A stretch of DNA of 64,000 nucleotides from Harriotta raleighana. Its lineage: Eukaryota. The notes under the pieces are model-generated. The model was not told the DNA's origin, searched no databases, and saw only the letters and a program-made list of their open reading frames with translations. Made by a program: the position numbers and the translations under genes. Each line of letters starts with the position of its first letter. The stretch's first letter is position 1. Positions 12,434 to 24,970 of this stretch are shown here, piece by piece. Location of the stretch: NCBI GenBank assembly GCA_050575255.1, contig JBNZDD010013639.1:124001-188000 (forward strand), in the 5' to 3' direction.

Positions 12434-15400
12434 GTAAGTTCTGTTTTATTGCCTGTTGTAGAATTTGTTGTTAAAGAGTGCCTGTATTTTTTGTGTGCTG
12501 AGCATGCTGACGAAGACCTGATGTTGCCGAATTGATGTAACACAACACGGTTGAATTCCCAGACGAGACACTTCCTTCTTCACTGCGTAAACAATGACAT
12601 GAATAAATCTGCTTCTTGTTTGTTATATGTACGTGCACCATAGCATTGATTTAGTCAGTTTTTTTATATAGATATATATATGGTATATGTGTGTATGTTA
12701 TAAACATGCAACCCTATTCTCATTGCCTCAGAGACTGTGTCATAAGCAAATTATAAAACAAAGCTTATTTCTGAGTCTTCACATCCAGGTCGTAGGATTT
12801 GTACCAGTCCATAGGACACTGACCTATAAGGGAAGCTTCACTAAAATTGAGGGGGTGGGGGAGTGCATTAAACAGCATCGCTCTGTGTTGTGAATATATT
12901 TTATATAAAACTTGCAATACATTGCATTTGTCAATAGATAACAAAATAGCAGCATATTGTTTTTTTAAAAATCTTTGATTTTAAAGCTTTTTTCATTAAA
13001 AGCCCCAAAATGTGTCTTTGAGGTTAGCATATGAAGAATTAAGATAGGTATTTTCAATGTTTAAAAACCTTTTTAAAGATTTAACTAAATTCAGCCTAAA
13101 TTAAAATCTTTATAAAGTAGCAACATTATTCTAGTTTTAATAACTTGATTGTTTTAGCACTGTCAAATCTAAGGGAAATCATTGACGGGAGTTTCAATAT
13201 TCAGTTCCTGTAATGCATCCATTTCTTTAATTTTCTACATATTTACTGTATTGTGTCATTTTGTATACTTTTTTAAAAAAATCCACAACTGAATGTATTT
13301 ACAATATTGTAATAGAATACAATATGGGGCTTTATTCAGGGAATGAATTGGGAACTACTGATTTGTTTTCATAAACCAAATTGACTCGATCTCCATTCAT
13401 GTGAATATCAGGTTTTCTACTGTATATTGAATATCACTGGATCAATTCTCCACAAACCTGTTGTGCTGTGAGCATTTGCATGTCTCAATCAAAGAACCTG
13501 CCTTGTTAATGTTAATTCACGTCTGTAATCTGTAACTCTGTAACACACAAATTAGGGTGCTTTAAAAATCTTAACGCATGTTTTATATTCAATTTGAATG
13601 GTCCTTAGACAATGGGCAGCTCTGTGTGTGGTATTGTCAAGTGACCTATTACTGATGTGTTACCAACCTATTTCCCCTAGCAACCTCTTCAGAGCAACAA
13701 CTTAACTGCTTTTTCGCATTTAATTACTAAGAAGTGGTCTTGCTGCTTGTCACTGACGCAATTAGTTTTTTTTCCTTTTGCTCATTTGTTGCTTGTGTTG
13801 AGGGCCACCGTTTTGCCATATGATGGTGGGTGGAGTGTGGGGCACTGTCAGGTCTATTCCAACCTGTATGCCATGGTGTCTGTAATCACTTTCAGAGCCT
13901 TGGGACGTCCTCCAACCTGAAAGGTGCTCCAAAATATATAAATTTGTTGTTTTTGCTTCCACTCTGGCATCTCTCTGTCTGTGCCCAATATGGGTCAACC
14001 TTCGCATCCTGCCTTTGGTGTCTATGGGTTTTCACTGTTGAGTATTGAGTCTCTCTCTTTTCTCACTTTCTCCTCTTTTGAAGACAAAGTTCCATCTTTT
14101 AGCTGCTTTGTTCTGCCAGTTTTCTGCCAATGGTAGCAATGTTCTTTTGCAGCTTTTACATCCATCCACTACTTATTACTTAAACTGGTCCCCCCTGGAG
14201 ACATGTGTACGAAGTCACTGACTCTGGAGACAAGTATAAATGCTTCTTCCTTTCATGACGATAAGCTGATTTTCTATCTCTGTCTCTGTAGACCTGAAGT
14301 CTTTAGTCTCTTTCAAGATGTGTGGAGTAATCAAATTGACATAAGGATTTCAGATAGGACTGGAGGAAGGCTGCGTGCCAGGTTGTTTCCAGACTTTCTA
14401 TGTTAAAGACTTTCATAAAAGATCTTTCGTAAAGATCATATAGAGAGTATAGCTGCATATCATTCATCTCAATTGTATGGTTCTTTAGTCTGGTGAGTGT
14501 GTAGCAGTACTCCCAAGGTTTTTAGCTGACTAGACTCCCAACAGTACCACATCGCACTCTGGGGTCCCCAAGCCTTGGCTCTCCCTAACCTGTGACTAAG
14601 GTGTGCAGGTTGCATCTCTCCATGGAGTGAGTGCCGATTCCATTCCAGATGCAGGGAAATTTCAGTGTGAAGGTGGCATACATACCTGAAACTCTAGTTT
14701 GGATACTCTTAACTATTGCATGGTGATGGGTTTCTGCATGTGTTGGACAAGCCCAGCTAATCAAAGTAAATCAGTTAACTGCATTTGCACTGACCAGTAC
14801 GAACTGAAGTTTTTGTGGTTGGCATCCTCATGCAGTTTGTTCATGTGACCAAACATTTTGGGGGATGTTATGTGAATAAGGTGGTAGTGATCATTCTATC
14901 ACTTAAGGCTGGGTTTTCCTTCCCTCTTCCACCACCCCCAATTCTGACACTCCTGATGGAAATTCCTTTGGTTCCCAATATGTTGTAATACCCCATTTGG
15001 CATTCCATCAGGATAGCAAACCACCATCCGGGGGAAAGGGATTCAGTTAAAGGGAGAAAAGCTCTTGTATTCCTTGCATCAAATTGGTGGCGGTCAGGTT
15101 TGCTTGCTGGTGTGTTGGCTTGATTTGCATTTTACAAAGATCCCTGTTTGCTACAAGTAGGATAATCCGTGTTCCTCTCATTAATCCACTGTTCACTGTG
15201 TTTCTTGGCTTTCTGTCTGTGCTCCTGCGGTTGCTGCTTTTTCCTGGATGTGGTCATCTTTCCTTTCTGTCCCTTCTGGTGATAACCTCTTATCCCCATT
15301 GTTTCTGCTGGATCTTCTTTGCTTCGTATCCTTCCGCTGGCTTCCTTGTAGTCGCTGGACTCCGCAGCATGCCTACCTATCCAAGAGCTGCAGACTGATT

Positions 15401-16194
15401 GTGGACACATGTAAATGTTGACTGTTTTAGATTTGTCATTTATGTTCATTTGTATTAATGGGCTTTTTAACTGTCTGTAATTGTGGCTGTTTTTATTTGC
15501 TTGGAAAACTATTATAAATAAACTTTTTGTTTTTTTAAAAAACACAGTTGTTAAGAAGTGAACATTTAACTTCATTCTTCTTTTGACGAAGGTCAGAAAC
15601 GGCTCCTTGGTGTAAAGGTTAGGGTTGTATTATATGTCAAACAATGCACTGGCTTAAATATCTTAATTTCCTACCATTTCCTAACAATTCAACTACAGTA
15701 GATGATGTCCTTGAATGGTAATGTTCACAGAAAATGACAGGAGTTTATTTATTCAGGGAATATTTTTTCAGGAGATGCTGAAATCCTGGTACTCTTAAGG
15801 TAGTCAGTGTAAAATTAATCTAGCTGGCTCCATGTTAGTTGCCATGTTAATGCAGGATGAAAGGAAACACTAGGGAGGTGTCAGGAGTGAGCCCCTGTGA
15901 AGTGATTTGTTGAACACTGTAGCACTGTGAGGTTCGGATGAATCAGGTCATTGGTACAATCAGCAAAACCTTAAACTGCTCTGTTGCTAAACTCCTGATC
16001 TTACAGTAATCAAGCTGCTCAGACATCAGGACGCACATCATCCAAGAATATTTAACCTGATATGTTTTTTAAAAAAACAAGTTGCAAAACTTCACCTATG
16101 GTTGCTGATAATTGTTGTTTCCTTCTCATTTTTATTATTTTTTAATTAGATTTTTAAAACTGATTTCTCTCTTTAACGTTTTTTTTTGTGCCCT

Positions 16195-16551
16195 ATAATC
16201 CTTGCATTTGATATAGAGCCTTCTCACTTTATCGAGATGTCACACAGTGTTTACAGAATATGCTGTGAAATGCATTGACTATTTATTTTGTGGGCAAAAC
16301 ATGGCAGCCAATTGCGCACAACATTATCCCACAAACCGCCATGGATTGAGCGACCAATTTTTTTGTTGTTGAGGGATAATTATCCGGGAAAGTGATCCTC
16401 CATTCAACTAACAACCGAATTCTTACCTACTTCATGGTAAACAGAACCAAGTCGAGTAAGGAAACTTGCCTAAGGCTTTGCCTGGCCTGGGAATTGAACC
16501 TGGGTCCTCTCGCTTGCAAGGCAAATGCTGTGTATAATACGCTATGGGACT
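16195..16551 (-). mobile_element. tRNA-headed Deu-type SINE, long variant
   Basis: Tail, core and head all present, with an extra ~60-nt segment (16385-16450) between head and core. Confidence 0.8.
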
Positions 16552-16843
16552 AGATTTCTTTCTTCCCACAAACATTTCAGAAGGTCATCAAAACAAAGTT
16601 TTTTTTAAATAGCTTTTTTCAAAAATGTCTTTGTTGGTGTTGGTTGACCCACGAACCACATGGATTTCTGACGTGGTTCTGTCTTACATGTGAATTCGGA
16701 CAAACGGGCCAACCAAATAAATCCTTTGGTAGTTCTGTGTTACTCCCAAACAGTGAACGCTCTCTACATGCTTAATACATGGCTTAAAGAGTTAAATGGA
16801 ACGCATCCACAACTGACAGCTGTTGCGATGCCTTGTAAATATA

Positions 16844-17262
16844 CAGTAAATCCCATTTATCCGGCATGCTCGGGTGCGGGGCGGAGGAGGGGGTGGTTGG
16901 GGGGTGGTCAACTAATTGACTGTGCCGGATAAATGGGGGTCAAGTTGCCAAAAACCCAACATAAAAAATTAACTTATTTTAAAATATACTATGTTGATAA
17001 TAGACTACATACTAACAGAATACTGTATGGATACATACCAATAAAGCATTCCAGGACACTCGGTAAAAAAAATTGGTAAAACAGCATTTTTTTACCGATT
17101 GGTAAAAAAAAAAACAAGTTCGTAAATTTAATAAGTGCTCATACGCACGCAATGCACGCATGCGCAAAGTGAGCAAACTCGCGATTGCTGGAATGGGGAA
17201 TTGCCCCGGGAGGAGGTCGAGCAATCCGGTTGATCAGGTCACGGATAAACAAGGTTTTACTG
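16844..17262 (-). mobile_element. MITE (pogo/Tigger-like), opposite orientation to 7837-8229
   Basis: TA|CAGTAAATCCCATTTATCCG...CGGATAAACAAGGTTTTACTG|TA. Confidence 0.9.
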
Positions 17263-17721
17263 TATAAAGCTTTAACTTGCATGTCAGAGGCTGAGCATAG
17301 TTCTTGCCTCCCACAGTGGGAGAGGACGTTTAGAGGGCAAGTCACCCTGGACTGTTCTGAATCAGATACTGAGTGCTTTTGGCAAAGGTAAATCAGCTAT
17401 CTGCCTTCAGCCAGGAACTTGTGCATTGAGACCTGAGTGAAAAAAAGGGGTTGGACATGAGTTATCAAGGCTTAGAATGTCAAAAAGCTTTCTCGATACT
17501 TCAGTGTGGAAATATTTACTGCGTTTTCATTTTTCACGGTTAAGGCTTCTGAGGTCAGGCCGGCTCTCTACAATACCATTTGACTTTGCCTGCGGTAAAC
17601 CTGGCTGGAAAGAATTTGGGAGTGTTTCCCCTGTCGCTCAAGTGGCCTTTTGTTGTGAGCTCCTGCTCAGGTTATTGCTTGTGCTGTGAAGTGAGCCACA
17701 GTCTATACATCTCTCCGTACG

Positions 17722-17970
17722 GTCTCTCTCTCTCTCTTCCCCCCCCCCCCCCCCCCCCACCACACNGTTGCTGTCTGTGTCTGTCTGTCTGTCCATCTCT
17801 CTCTCTGTCTGCATAGGCTCTTTCTCTCTCCCCACAGGCTCTCACATTCTCTCTTTTGTTCATGGTCCACCCAGTCTCTCTCACTACACAGTCTCTCTCT
17901 CACTCTCATTCCCTCTCGCTCACTCTGTCCATACAGTCTTTTTCTCTCTGTGCACAGTCTCTGTCTCTGT
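17722..17970. repeat. CT/poly-C low-complexity tract
   Basis: (CT)n, poly-C, (CTGT)n; contains a single N. Confidence 0.85.
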
Positions 17971-19081
17971 TGTGCCAGCTGAGGAAGGTGTTCATTGGTG
18001 ATGAAAATAGGAGAGAACACGACTGGTTGTTTTGTGCAGCTGCCCTCTCCATTCCCATCTATAAATTGCCTGACTGCTACACATAGTACCAATAGTCAAA
18101 TAACTTGTCTTCTTGCTTTATCCCCCACTCCATTATTGTACATATTAACAAAAAACACTGCCCTCATTCACCTCTATCCAGTATTCCTGTTAAATCCCAT
18201 AAAATAATAATTTGGTCACTCAATCCACGACTGTCTGCCAATGGAACCTGCATTCTCTGCTTTGTGACACTGAAGGTCGATATGAACCTGTAAATCAGCG
18301 TGAAAATACAGTATAAGCATTGGGTTAATGTTCCCCCCCCTCCCCATCCTGCAAATTGTGGGAACAGACCTGCTTTTCGGCTTTTCAGTTTCAATTTGGG
18401 TTCCAGTTTGATTTCACCTACTCTTGCTAACCAGTGAAAGGTCAAGCTTCATGCCATACTTTTGCAAAGAGCAATTTGCACTCTGCTTTTCTCTTTTAAT
18501 ATTAATATGTTGTGAACGCTCTATTTAATCTTCATGGGCATGTAGACCTGATAGGTTATGGAAAAGTGTGTTAAAAACAATGCATGTACTTTGAATAGCA
18601 CATAAACATCTAAAATGCTGGGACGTTGCCTAGAACCTTCAAGATGACTGCTTTTATGAAAAATCACCAACTTTGTCTCCAAGAGAACACCGTGACCCAC
18701 CCAGGCCTCCGCTGCTATTGCTCAGGCATTTATACACTGCACTTGTAATTGTTACCTGCAGTGTGACTGCTCCTGTGTTCAAAGATCAGAGTCCTCTAGG
18801 GGCAGAATGAGCTGCCCTGTGTTTTCAGATCAACACTTCTGCCCTACTCACAGATCTTCCGCACGGAATGGGTAAGTTCCAGGAGCAAAAGGTGAAGTTG
18901 CTCTCTGCAACTTTGAAACCACTTGCTCATGTTAGTTTCTGCATTGATTGCCATTGGCTGAGATTGCGCTCCACAGGGTAAATAGGGACAGAACCCAGCC
19001 ACTTCAGACTACTGAGTGGTGTGGAGAGCACTGACACTGGTTGGGATGTCACGGCTTCTATTTATTGTTGGAAGCCCATGT

Positions 19082-19552
19082 GGAGTCCTGTACTGTAGTG
19101 GTTAGCGTGCTCGCCTCACAAGCGAGAGGACCCAGGTTTGATTCCCGGGAAGGGTGAAACCTTTGTTATGTTTCCTTACTCCTGATGCCTCTATTTACCT
19201 AGCAGGAAGTGGGAACCTGATTGCTGGTCAATTGCAATAATCCCTTCAAAAATAATAATAGATTCCTTTAGCTCAACGGGTAGATCACTTGCCTTACAAG
19301 CGAGAGACCTGGGTTCTTGGGCAAGTATCCTTACTTTACATGTCTGATAATAATCCCTAAAAAAAAAATAATAACAAGAATAAATTGGTCATTTCAATCC
19401 ATGACTGTTTTGTGGGACACTGCTGTGTGCAATTAGTTGAGTTTCACCCACAAATATGCAGTCAATTCGCTTTACAGCGAATTCTGTGAAGCGCTTTTGA
19501 GTTGTCTAGAAGATGTGAAAAGTGCTATATCAAATGCAAGGATTATTAGTAT
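19082..19552 (+). mobile_element. Two-headed SINE: long-variant head (19082-19258) followed by a complete short-variant SINE (19260-19552)
   Basis: Two tRNA heads, with anticodon loops CTCACAA and CTTACAA, followed by one Deu core and tail. Confidence 0.8.
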
Positions 19553-20859
19553 TAATAGTAATTCGGTCTCTCAATCCACGAGTTTATGTGAAATACTGTT
19601 CTGCCACATTTTGCCACAAGCTACACAGTCAATCCGTGTTGTGGAGAGCAATGACACTGGTTGGGATGTCATGGGATCTCTTAACTTAGATGTGGAAGAA
19701 TAGTAGCTGTTTAAAAGGGAAGGAAACAGAGAATAATTGGAAGTGGAATTGCGGATTTGAATGGGTGAGCTATTTCTACAGGGGTCTGGGCTGGGACCCT
19801 CCTGTTCCTAGTTTACATTGATGAACTGGATTCTCAGACTCAGGGCAACATACTTACATTTATTTGCACATGGCCCTGATCTGGTCAAGGAAAACTGGAA
19901 CCTGAGGAGGCAGGTAAAGAGACCTCAACGGAGGCTGCACCCGGGCAGATCAATGGCAAATTAAGTTCAATACACAAGTTCATATTACAGGAAGCAAAAC
20001 GAGGCAGCACGTAAACTCTGTGGAGCACATAGTATTTACTGCCCTGTAGGTGGAGTTGAATGAGATCCAATTGATCGCACTTAAAGCACTATACAGTCTT
20101 GGTCCCCACAACATGAGGTGGCTGCTCAAGCCCTGGAGGCAGTGCAATGGAGAGCAATGACACTTGTTGCCAGGGTAGAATGGAAGAGCTATAACAATAA
20201 TAATCACATTTGCCCTTCAAGTTGGGAGGATGTCTCAAAGTGCTTCAACAGGATTCATGCAAAATAGAGTGACTATTGCACAACAGCAGTGTCCCACAAA
20301 TAACCATGAAACAAGCGACCAATTTTATTTGGTGGAGAGTTGACCACTGGGAGAAACTCCTTTCCCGTTTCAAATAGAGTGTAATGGGATCTTTAATGTC
20401 CAACTGAACAGAACAGGCAGATAGGATTACAACTTGCACTTATATAGCACCCTCCACGCAGTGTAGTATCTCAGAACGCATAATATTGGGGAAGGCTGAC
20501 TCTGAGCTTGACTCTTAGGACCTCAATTTATCGTCCCATCCAAAGGATGGATGAGGAATGATTAGATAACTTCAGGTTCTTGATACTTTATTTGCATAAA
20601 GTATAGTTGACAACTGGAACAGGACGACAGAGAGGGTGGTAGAGGCAAGGAGATGATTCAGTTAAGGCTTGATGGTGTAATGGAAAGACAATGAAGTGGT
20701 TATTCTGGGAAGCCAAAGGGTCTTCTTCATCTCTCATAAGATTGTGGGTGTTGGTGGTCTTCAACACTCAGTACAGCTGATGGTGATTCTCTCTGTAACA
20801 TAATAACACACGAAGCAACTTGTAAATTGAATTGCTGTACTTTATTGTACACCTTTGAA

Positions 20860-21433
20860 AGGCTCACCAGGCTTGTTAACCCTAACTCCCAACTGATCTG
20901 TTTTCCCAACTCTACCCTTCACAAACTGCTGATTATTCCGAAATCTGCAGCTGATGTTCTCTCCCGCATCAAGCTCCGTGAATCCATCACCCCAATTCTA
21001 GCCGGGTTCTGCTGGCTCCCCATTCCCCAGAATATTGTGTTTAAGATCCCTGACTTCAAAGTCCTCCACGGCCTTCCTCCTCCCTACCTCTGTGAGCTGC
21101 TGACTCCATACAGACCTGTCCGCTCCCTCCGCTCAGTGGGCTCTGGCCTGTTCCTTGTCCCCCGAACTGCTCCATGTCACTCTACCTTTATACCTCACCA
21201 TGAGAAGTCAGCTTCTCTGTGGAATTCCACAATCCCTTTGCCTCACCCTCTTCAAGACCAGTCATAAAATCCTCCTCTTCAACCACACCATCGATCATTC
21301 TACTATTGCTACCCTCCTTGCCCTCCACCCCACCTGAATCCAACCACTATCTTGGGTGCAAATGCTTGACTGTCCTCCGCCTAGGGTTGACCTCCTGACA
21401 TGAGAGGCGCTCTACAAATGTAATTTATTGTTG
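20860..21433 (+). mobile_element. L2 LINE 3' fragment (ORF2 C-terminus and tail)
   Basis: ORF 20827-21267 ...SITPILAGFCWLPIPQNIVFK...LHGLPPPYLCELLTPYRPVRSLRS is the typical L2 ORF2 end; ttgttg tail. Confidence 0.88.
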
Positions 21434-21960
21434 TCATTTGTAAGAAATCTAGATATTCTGAAAGGTAAGCACAGATAATTTCTTCCCAGAGTGACTGTTT
21501 TGTCTCCTCCCCCACTCCCACCCCCTTTACAAACAGAAGCTTGGCTCAGGTGTCGAATGTCTGACCTTTGTACAAATTAATTTAGTTGATGTGCTTGAGT
21601 AATTCTTACTGTTGTACCACAGATTACAAACTTCGCACTCAATTTAAGTGGATTATTAACCATGGAACCTCACCACTTCTTCCCTTACAGATCAATTTTC
21701 CATAAATTGAATTGCTGTACTTTATTGTACACCTTTTCAATGGATTAATTGTCCGGCACTATAGGAGACACTGCAAGATAGAGAGGGAGAACATGAACTG
21801 GTTGAGGATGTCTGTGAGAATTCAGATCATTAATATATTCAAGGAATATAGGATACCCTGGCACAATTTGTAAACTAAAAATAACACTGGAGTTTAAAAT
21901 AAGACAGTCACAATCTGGTAGTCATCTCTAAATGCAATCCAGTTAAAATTACTTGAATTC

Positions 21961-22125
21961 ATAATAATCATCATCGTTGCATTTGATATAGCGCCATATC
22001 ATATCATTGAGATATACCTCAAAGAGCTTCACAGAATAACCTGTAAAGTGAATTGACTGTATGTTTTGTGGGCAAAATGCCGCAGCCAATTGCACACAGC
22101 AGGTTCCCACAAACAGTCGTGGGAG
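21961..22125 (-). mobile_element. Deu-type SINE, 3' half
   Basis: Tail and core, no tRNA head. Confidence 0.8.
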
Positions 22126-23017
22126 AAAGTGACTGAAATATTATTTATTTTCTTGTTGGAAAAAAACAAATCTTGAAAGTTTGGTAAAGGTCATTTTGCA
22201 GATTAATGTGATGAGAAAGTAAACCCAAAGAACCCCTAGCTGCCCAACTTTTTGTTGGACTTTTCAAGTTTTCTCAGCTGAGTAACAGCCACAAGCAGCC
22301 AACTTTGCTGTCTGCATCTAACCAGAATGATACGCATATCAACAACAACTTTGATTTATATAGCGCCCTCCACATCAGACGGTGTCTCAGAGAGCTTCAC
22401 AATAGCAATAGCAATAGCAATAGATCCACTTTTCCTTCTGCAGTATTGTCGTAGCTAATGTTGCATATTGCTGTTCATCACAGCCTTTATGTGGGTGCAC
22501 TCGTGCTGTTTGTATATCTGTATCTATATGTGGACAGATACCATCTCTGTGACTAAAAAATAATAAGGATAAGTCTCACTTCTCCTGATGCTCACTGGAA
22601 GTTGGTTGGATTTTGAATTTCTGTGGCTTGTGCTGTTGTCATGTGTCGGAGATATTAAACCATTTTGGAGGTTTTATTTTCCAATTTCCTTGATAAATTG
22701 TCAGGAAGTTTATTGCATATCTCCATGTCTGGAAGCTTTCTCTGTTTGCTACTGTTTTGGTATTTCACTGACTCGCTTTCCTGCAATGTCCAGAGACAAA
22801 TCTTGAAAAGTCTGTTTCTCTTTCTAAAGTTAGATTGTGTTTTACTTCCTGATGTTCCAATTACCCTCATGTCTGTTAAACAAATTGATCATTATATAGT
22901 GTTGAAAAACGACACTGTTTAACGCTATGGATACGAAACTCATTTGAATGTTGGTGTGTTTGGAAGTTCCTGTAAGTATCTCTGATATACTGTAATGAAA
23001 CTTTGTTTTGTCCACAG

Positions 23018-23128
23018 TTCTGCGATATTCATGGTTCCTTGGCTCAACACCTCACCAACTTCTCCAAGCTCACCCTGTTCACCAGCATTCACCTTCCCAC
23101 CTCCCACTGACAACAAACCTCTGGACGG
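23018..23128 (+). CDS. ARHGAP10: ARHGAP10 coding exon (Ser/Pro-rich linker)
   Basis: ttttgtccacAG|...GG|GTatgt; 111 nt, phase 2-2; SAIFMVPWLNTSPTSPSSPCSPAFTFPPPTDNKPLDG vs human SMVQWLNPQSP...PFPFSPPATVADKP. Confidence 0.85.
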
Positions 23129-23864
23129 GTATGTGAGACTGTTGTCAACCACTTGGTTTTATATCAGTTTTACAACAGTTGCTTGAGTTTGGTAAAAGAG
23201 TTGGTTGTGTTTCATTGTGACTGAGATATGCATAACAAAGAGCACTATTTGACCCTCCTTTAGCTGGTTTGAGAGTTACAGACGAGATAGATGTATTTGT
23301 CTAATCTCAGAGTGATTCACTGTTTAGATACCAACAGCAGCACATTGCTCATTGTGTCCAAGGTGGCATTGAGACAAACAGGGGAGAGGAGAAATAGCAT
23401 GACGGACAAGGTAAAGTGGATTGACTGCGTTTTACCTACAATTTTATGGGCTGAATGTGGCAAGCAAATTCCCCGCAAACAGTGAAATTATTGTCATATT
23501 TCACTGAAATGTTTTGCCCAGGTTTTCATTACTANCCAAATTCCCCAAATTATTGTCATATTTCACTGAAATGTTTTGCCCAGGTTTTCATTACTAGATA
23601 ATACTAGAGCGTACAGCTCTACTTAAGTTTTGCATAATATTAGTCTGTCTGTCAATAATGTTACGAGGAACAAACTAGCTCTTAGCTATGTCTCAGATAT
23701 TCTATTAATATAGTTATAATAACCATTGCATTTGATACAGTACCTTTCACACGATGTGTGTGTCTCGAAATGCTTCACAGGATTTACTGTATTTTATTTT
23801 ATAGCTGTAAGAACTCAATGTTAAAACATCTTTGCCAACAAAAATACGAGTGTTCACTTATCGA

Positions 23865-24640
23865 GTGACTTTCACATGGGGAGATTGTCTCAGAGCGCTT
23901 ACAAAGATTGATTGGGATCGCAAGCTGGAAGGGAGGCAAGCGGGGACAGAGCACAGTCAAAAAGAGATGTCTTTAGGCAGGTTTTGGAAAAGGAGAGGGT
24001 GAGATAGAAGGGGGGAAAGTGACTGAACAACAACAGCAAAATTACACTTGTGTAGCGCCTTTCGTGTCAAGAGGACGTCCCTAGGCACTGAAAGATAGCC
24101 TGTTAATGAGTTTTGGACAGTCTCCGTGAGCTGGAGTGAGTAAGGCACTTACAAAGATGGAATGGGATCTTGAGTGGGGATCAATACAGATAGTGCCTGA
24201 GTTGCGACAACACTGGTGGGAGCCAAGATGGATAATCTCAGGGTTACTGATGCTAAGTTCAACCGACAGATTGTCAGAGCAGCAGTGTACCTGAAGTCGA
24301 GATTGGGGGGTGAGGTAACATTCAGTGTAATCTGCATAAATCTAGACATGGCTCAGGCCCACCAAAGGACAGAGTGTAGATGATGGAGTCTGAGAACGGA
24401 ACCCTGGGAAAAACTGCACTCAACAATGTGGGACGGGAGGACAGGCTACTAGATAAATCAAACGAAAGTCTCTCTGGGACAAGTAGGAATGAAACCAGGA
24501 AAGTGCAGAGCAGTGGAGATGTACAGGGAGCAGAGAGTCGGACAGAATGGAATGGTTGACAGTGTTGAAAACAGCAGAGAGATCGAGGAAGGCAGGGAGC
24601 CTCAATCACAAATAGAGAGGATGTTGTTTGTGACTTTGAC
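23865..24640 (-). mobile_element. Decayed L2 LINE fragments including reverse transcriptase motifs
   Basis: FLDLSAVFNTVNHSIL and SALSWFHSYLSQR correspond to L2 RT LDLSAAFDTVDH and ALxWFxSYLSxR; frameshifted. Confidence 0.82.
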
Positions 24641-24754
24641 TGGCTTCTGAGACGTAATACAAACTGGAGCAGATTGATTGGCGTCTGATGGAGTTATATG
24701 ATCTGTTGTAGAACTATTTTAAACTTCTATATTTTATCCCCATTTACAGAAATC

Positions 24755-24970
24755 CTTGTGTATGTGTGTATGTGCTACTGACTCTGTGTGCGTGTATGAC
24801 TGACTCGTATCAATGAGACTGACTGACTGTGCAAGTGCGACTGTGTTTGTGATTAACTGACTGAGTGGCTACATATGCAACTGATCGTGCACTCATGTGT
24901 GTGCGCGTGTGTGCATGTAAGACAGTGTGTGGGTGAATGAAAGAGTTTATGTGAGTGAAAGAGAGTGAGA
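24755..24970. repeat. Degenerate (TG)n/(TGAC)n tract
   Basis: Low-complexity TG-rich sequence. Confidence 0.7.

Noticed and set aside
15132-15575. 147-aa Lys/Gln-rich ORF on - and 104-aa hydrophobic ORF on +
   Set aside because: No recognisable domain or convincing splice structure; explained by a pyrimidine-skewed strand. A BLASTX hit or stranded RNA coverage would reopen it.
22966-22978. Strong donor-like TTCCT|GTAAGT just upstream of the 23018 exon
   Set aside because: Would leave a 46-nt intron, and the upstream acceptors give a frameshift or stop.
23485-23596. Exact ~50-bp tandem duplication
   Set aside because: The copies flank a single N, typical of an unmerged contig overlap.
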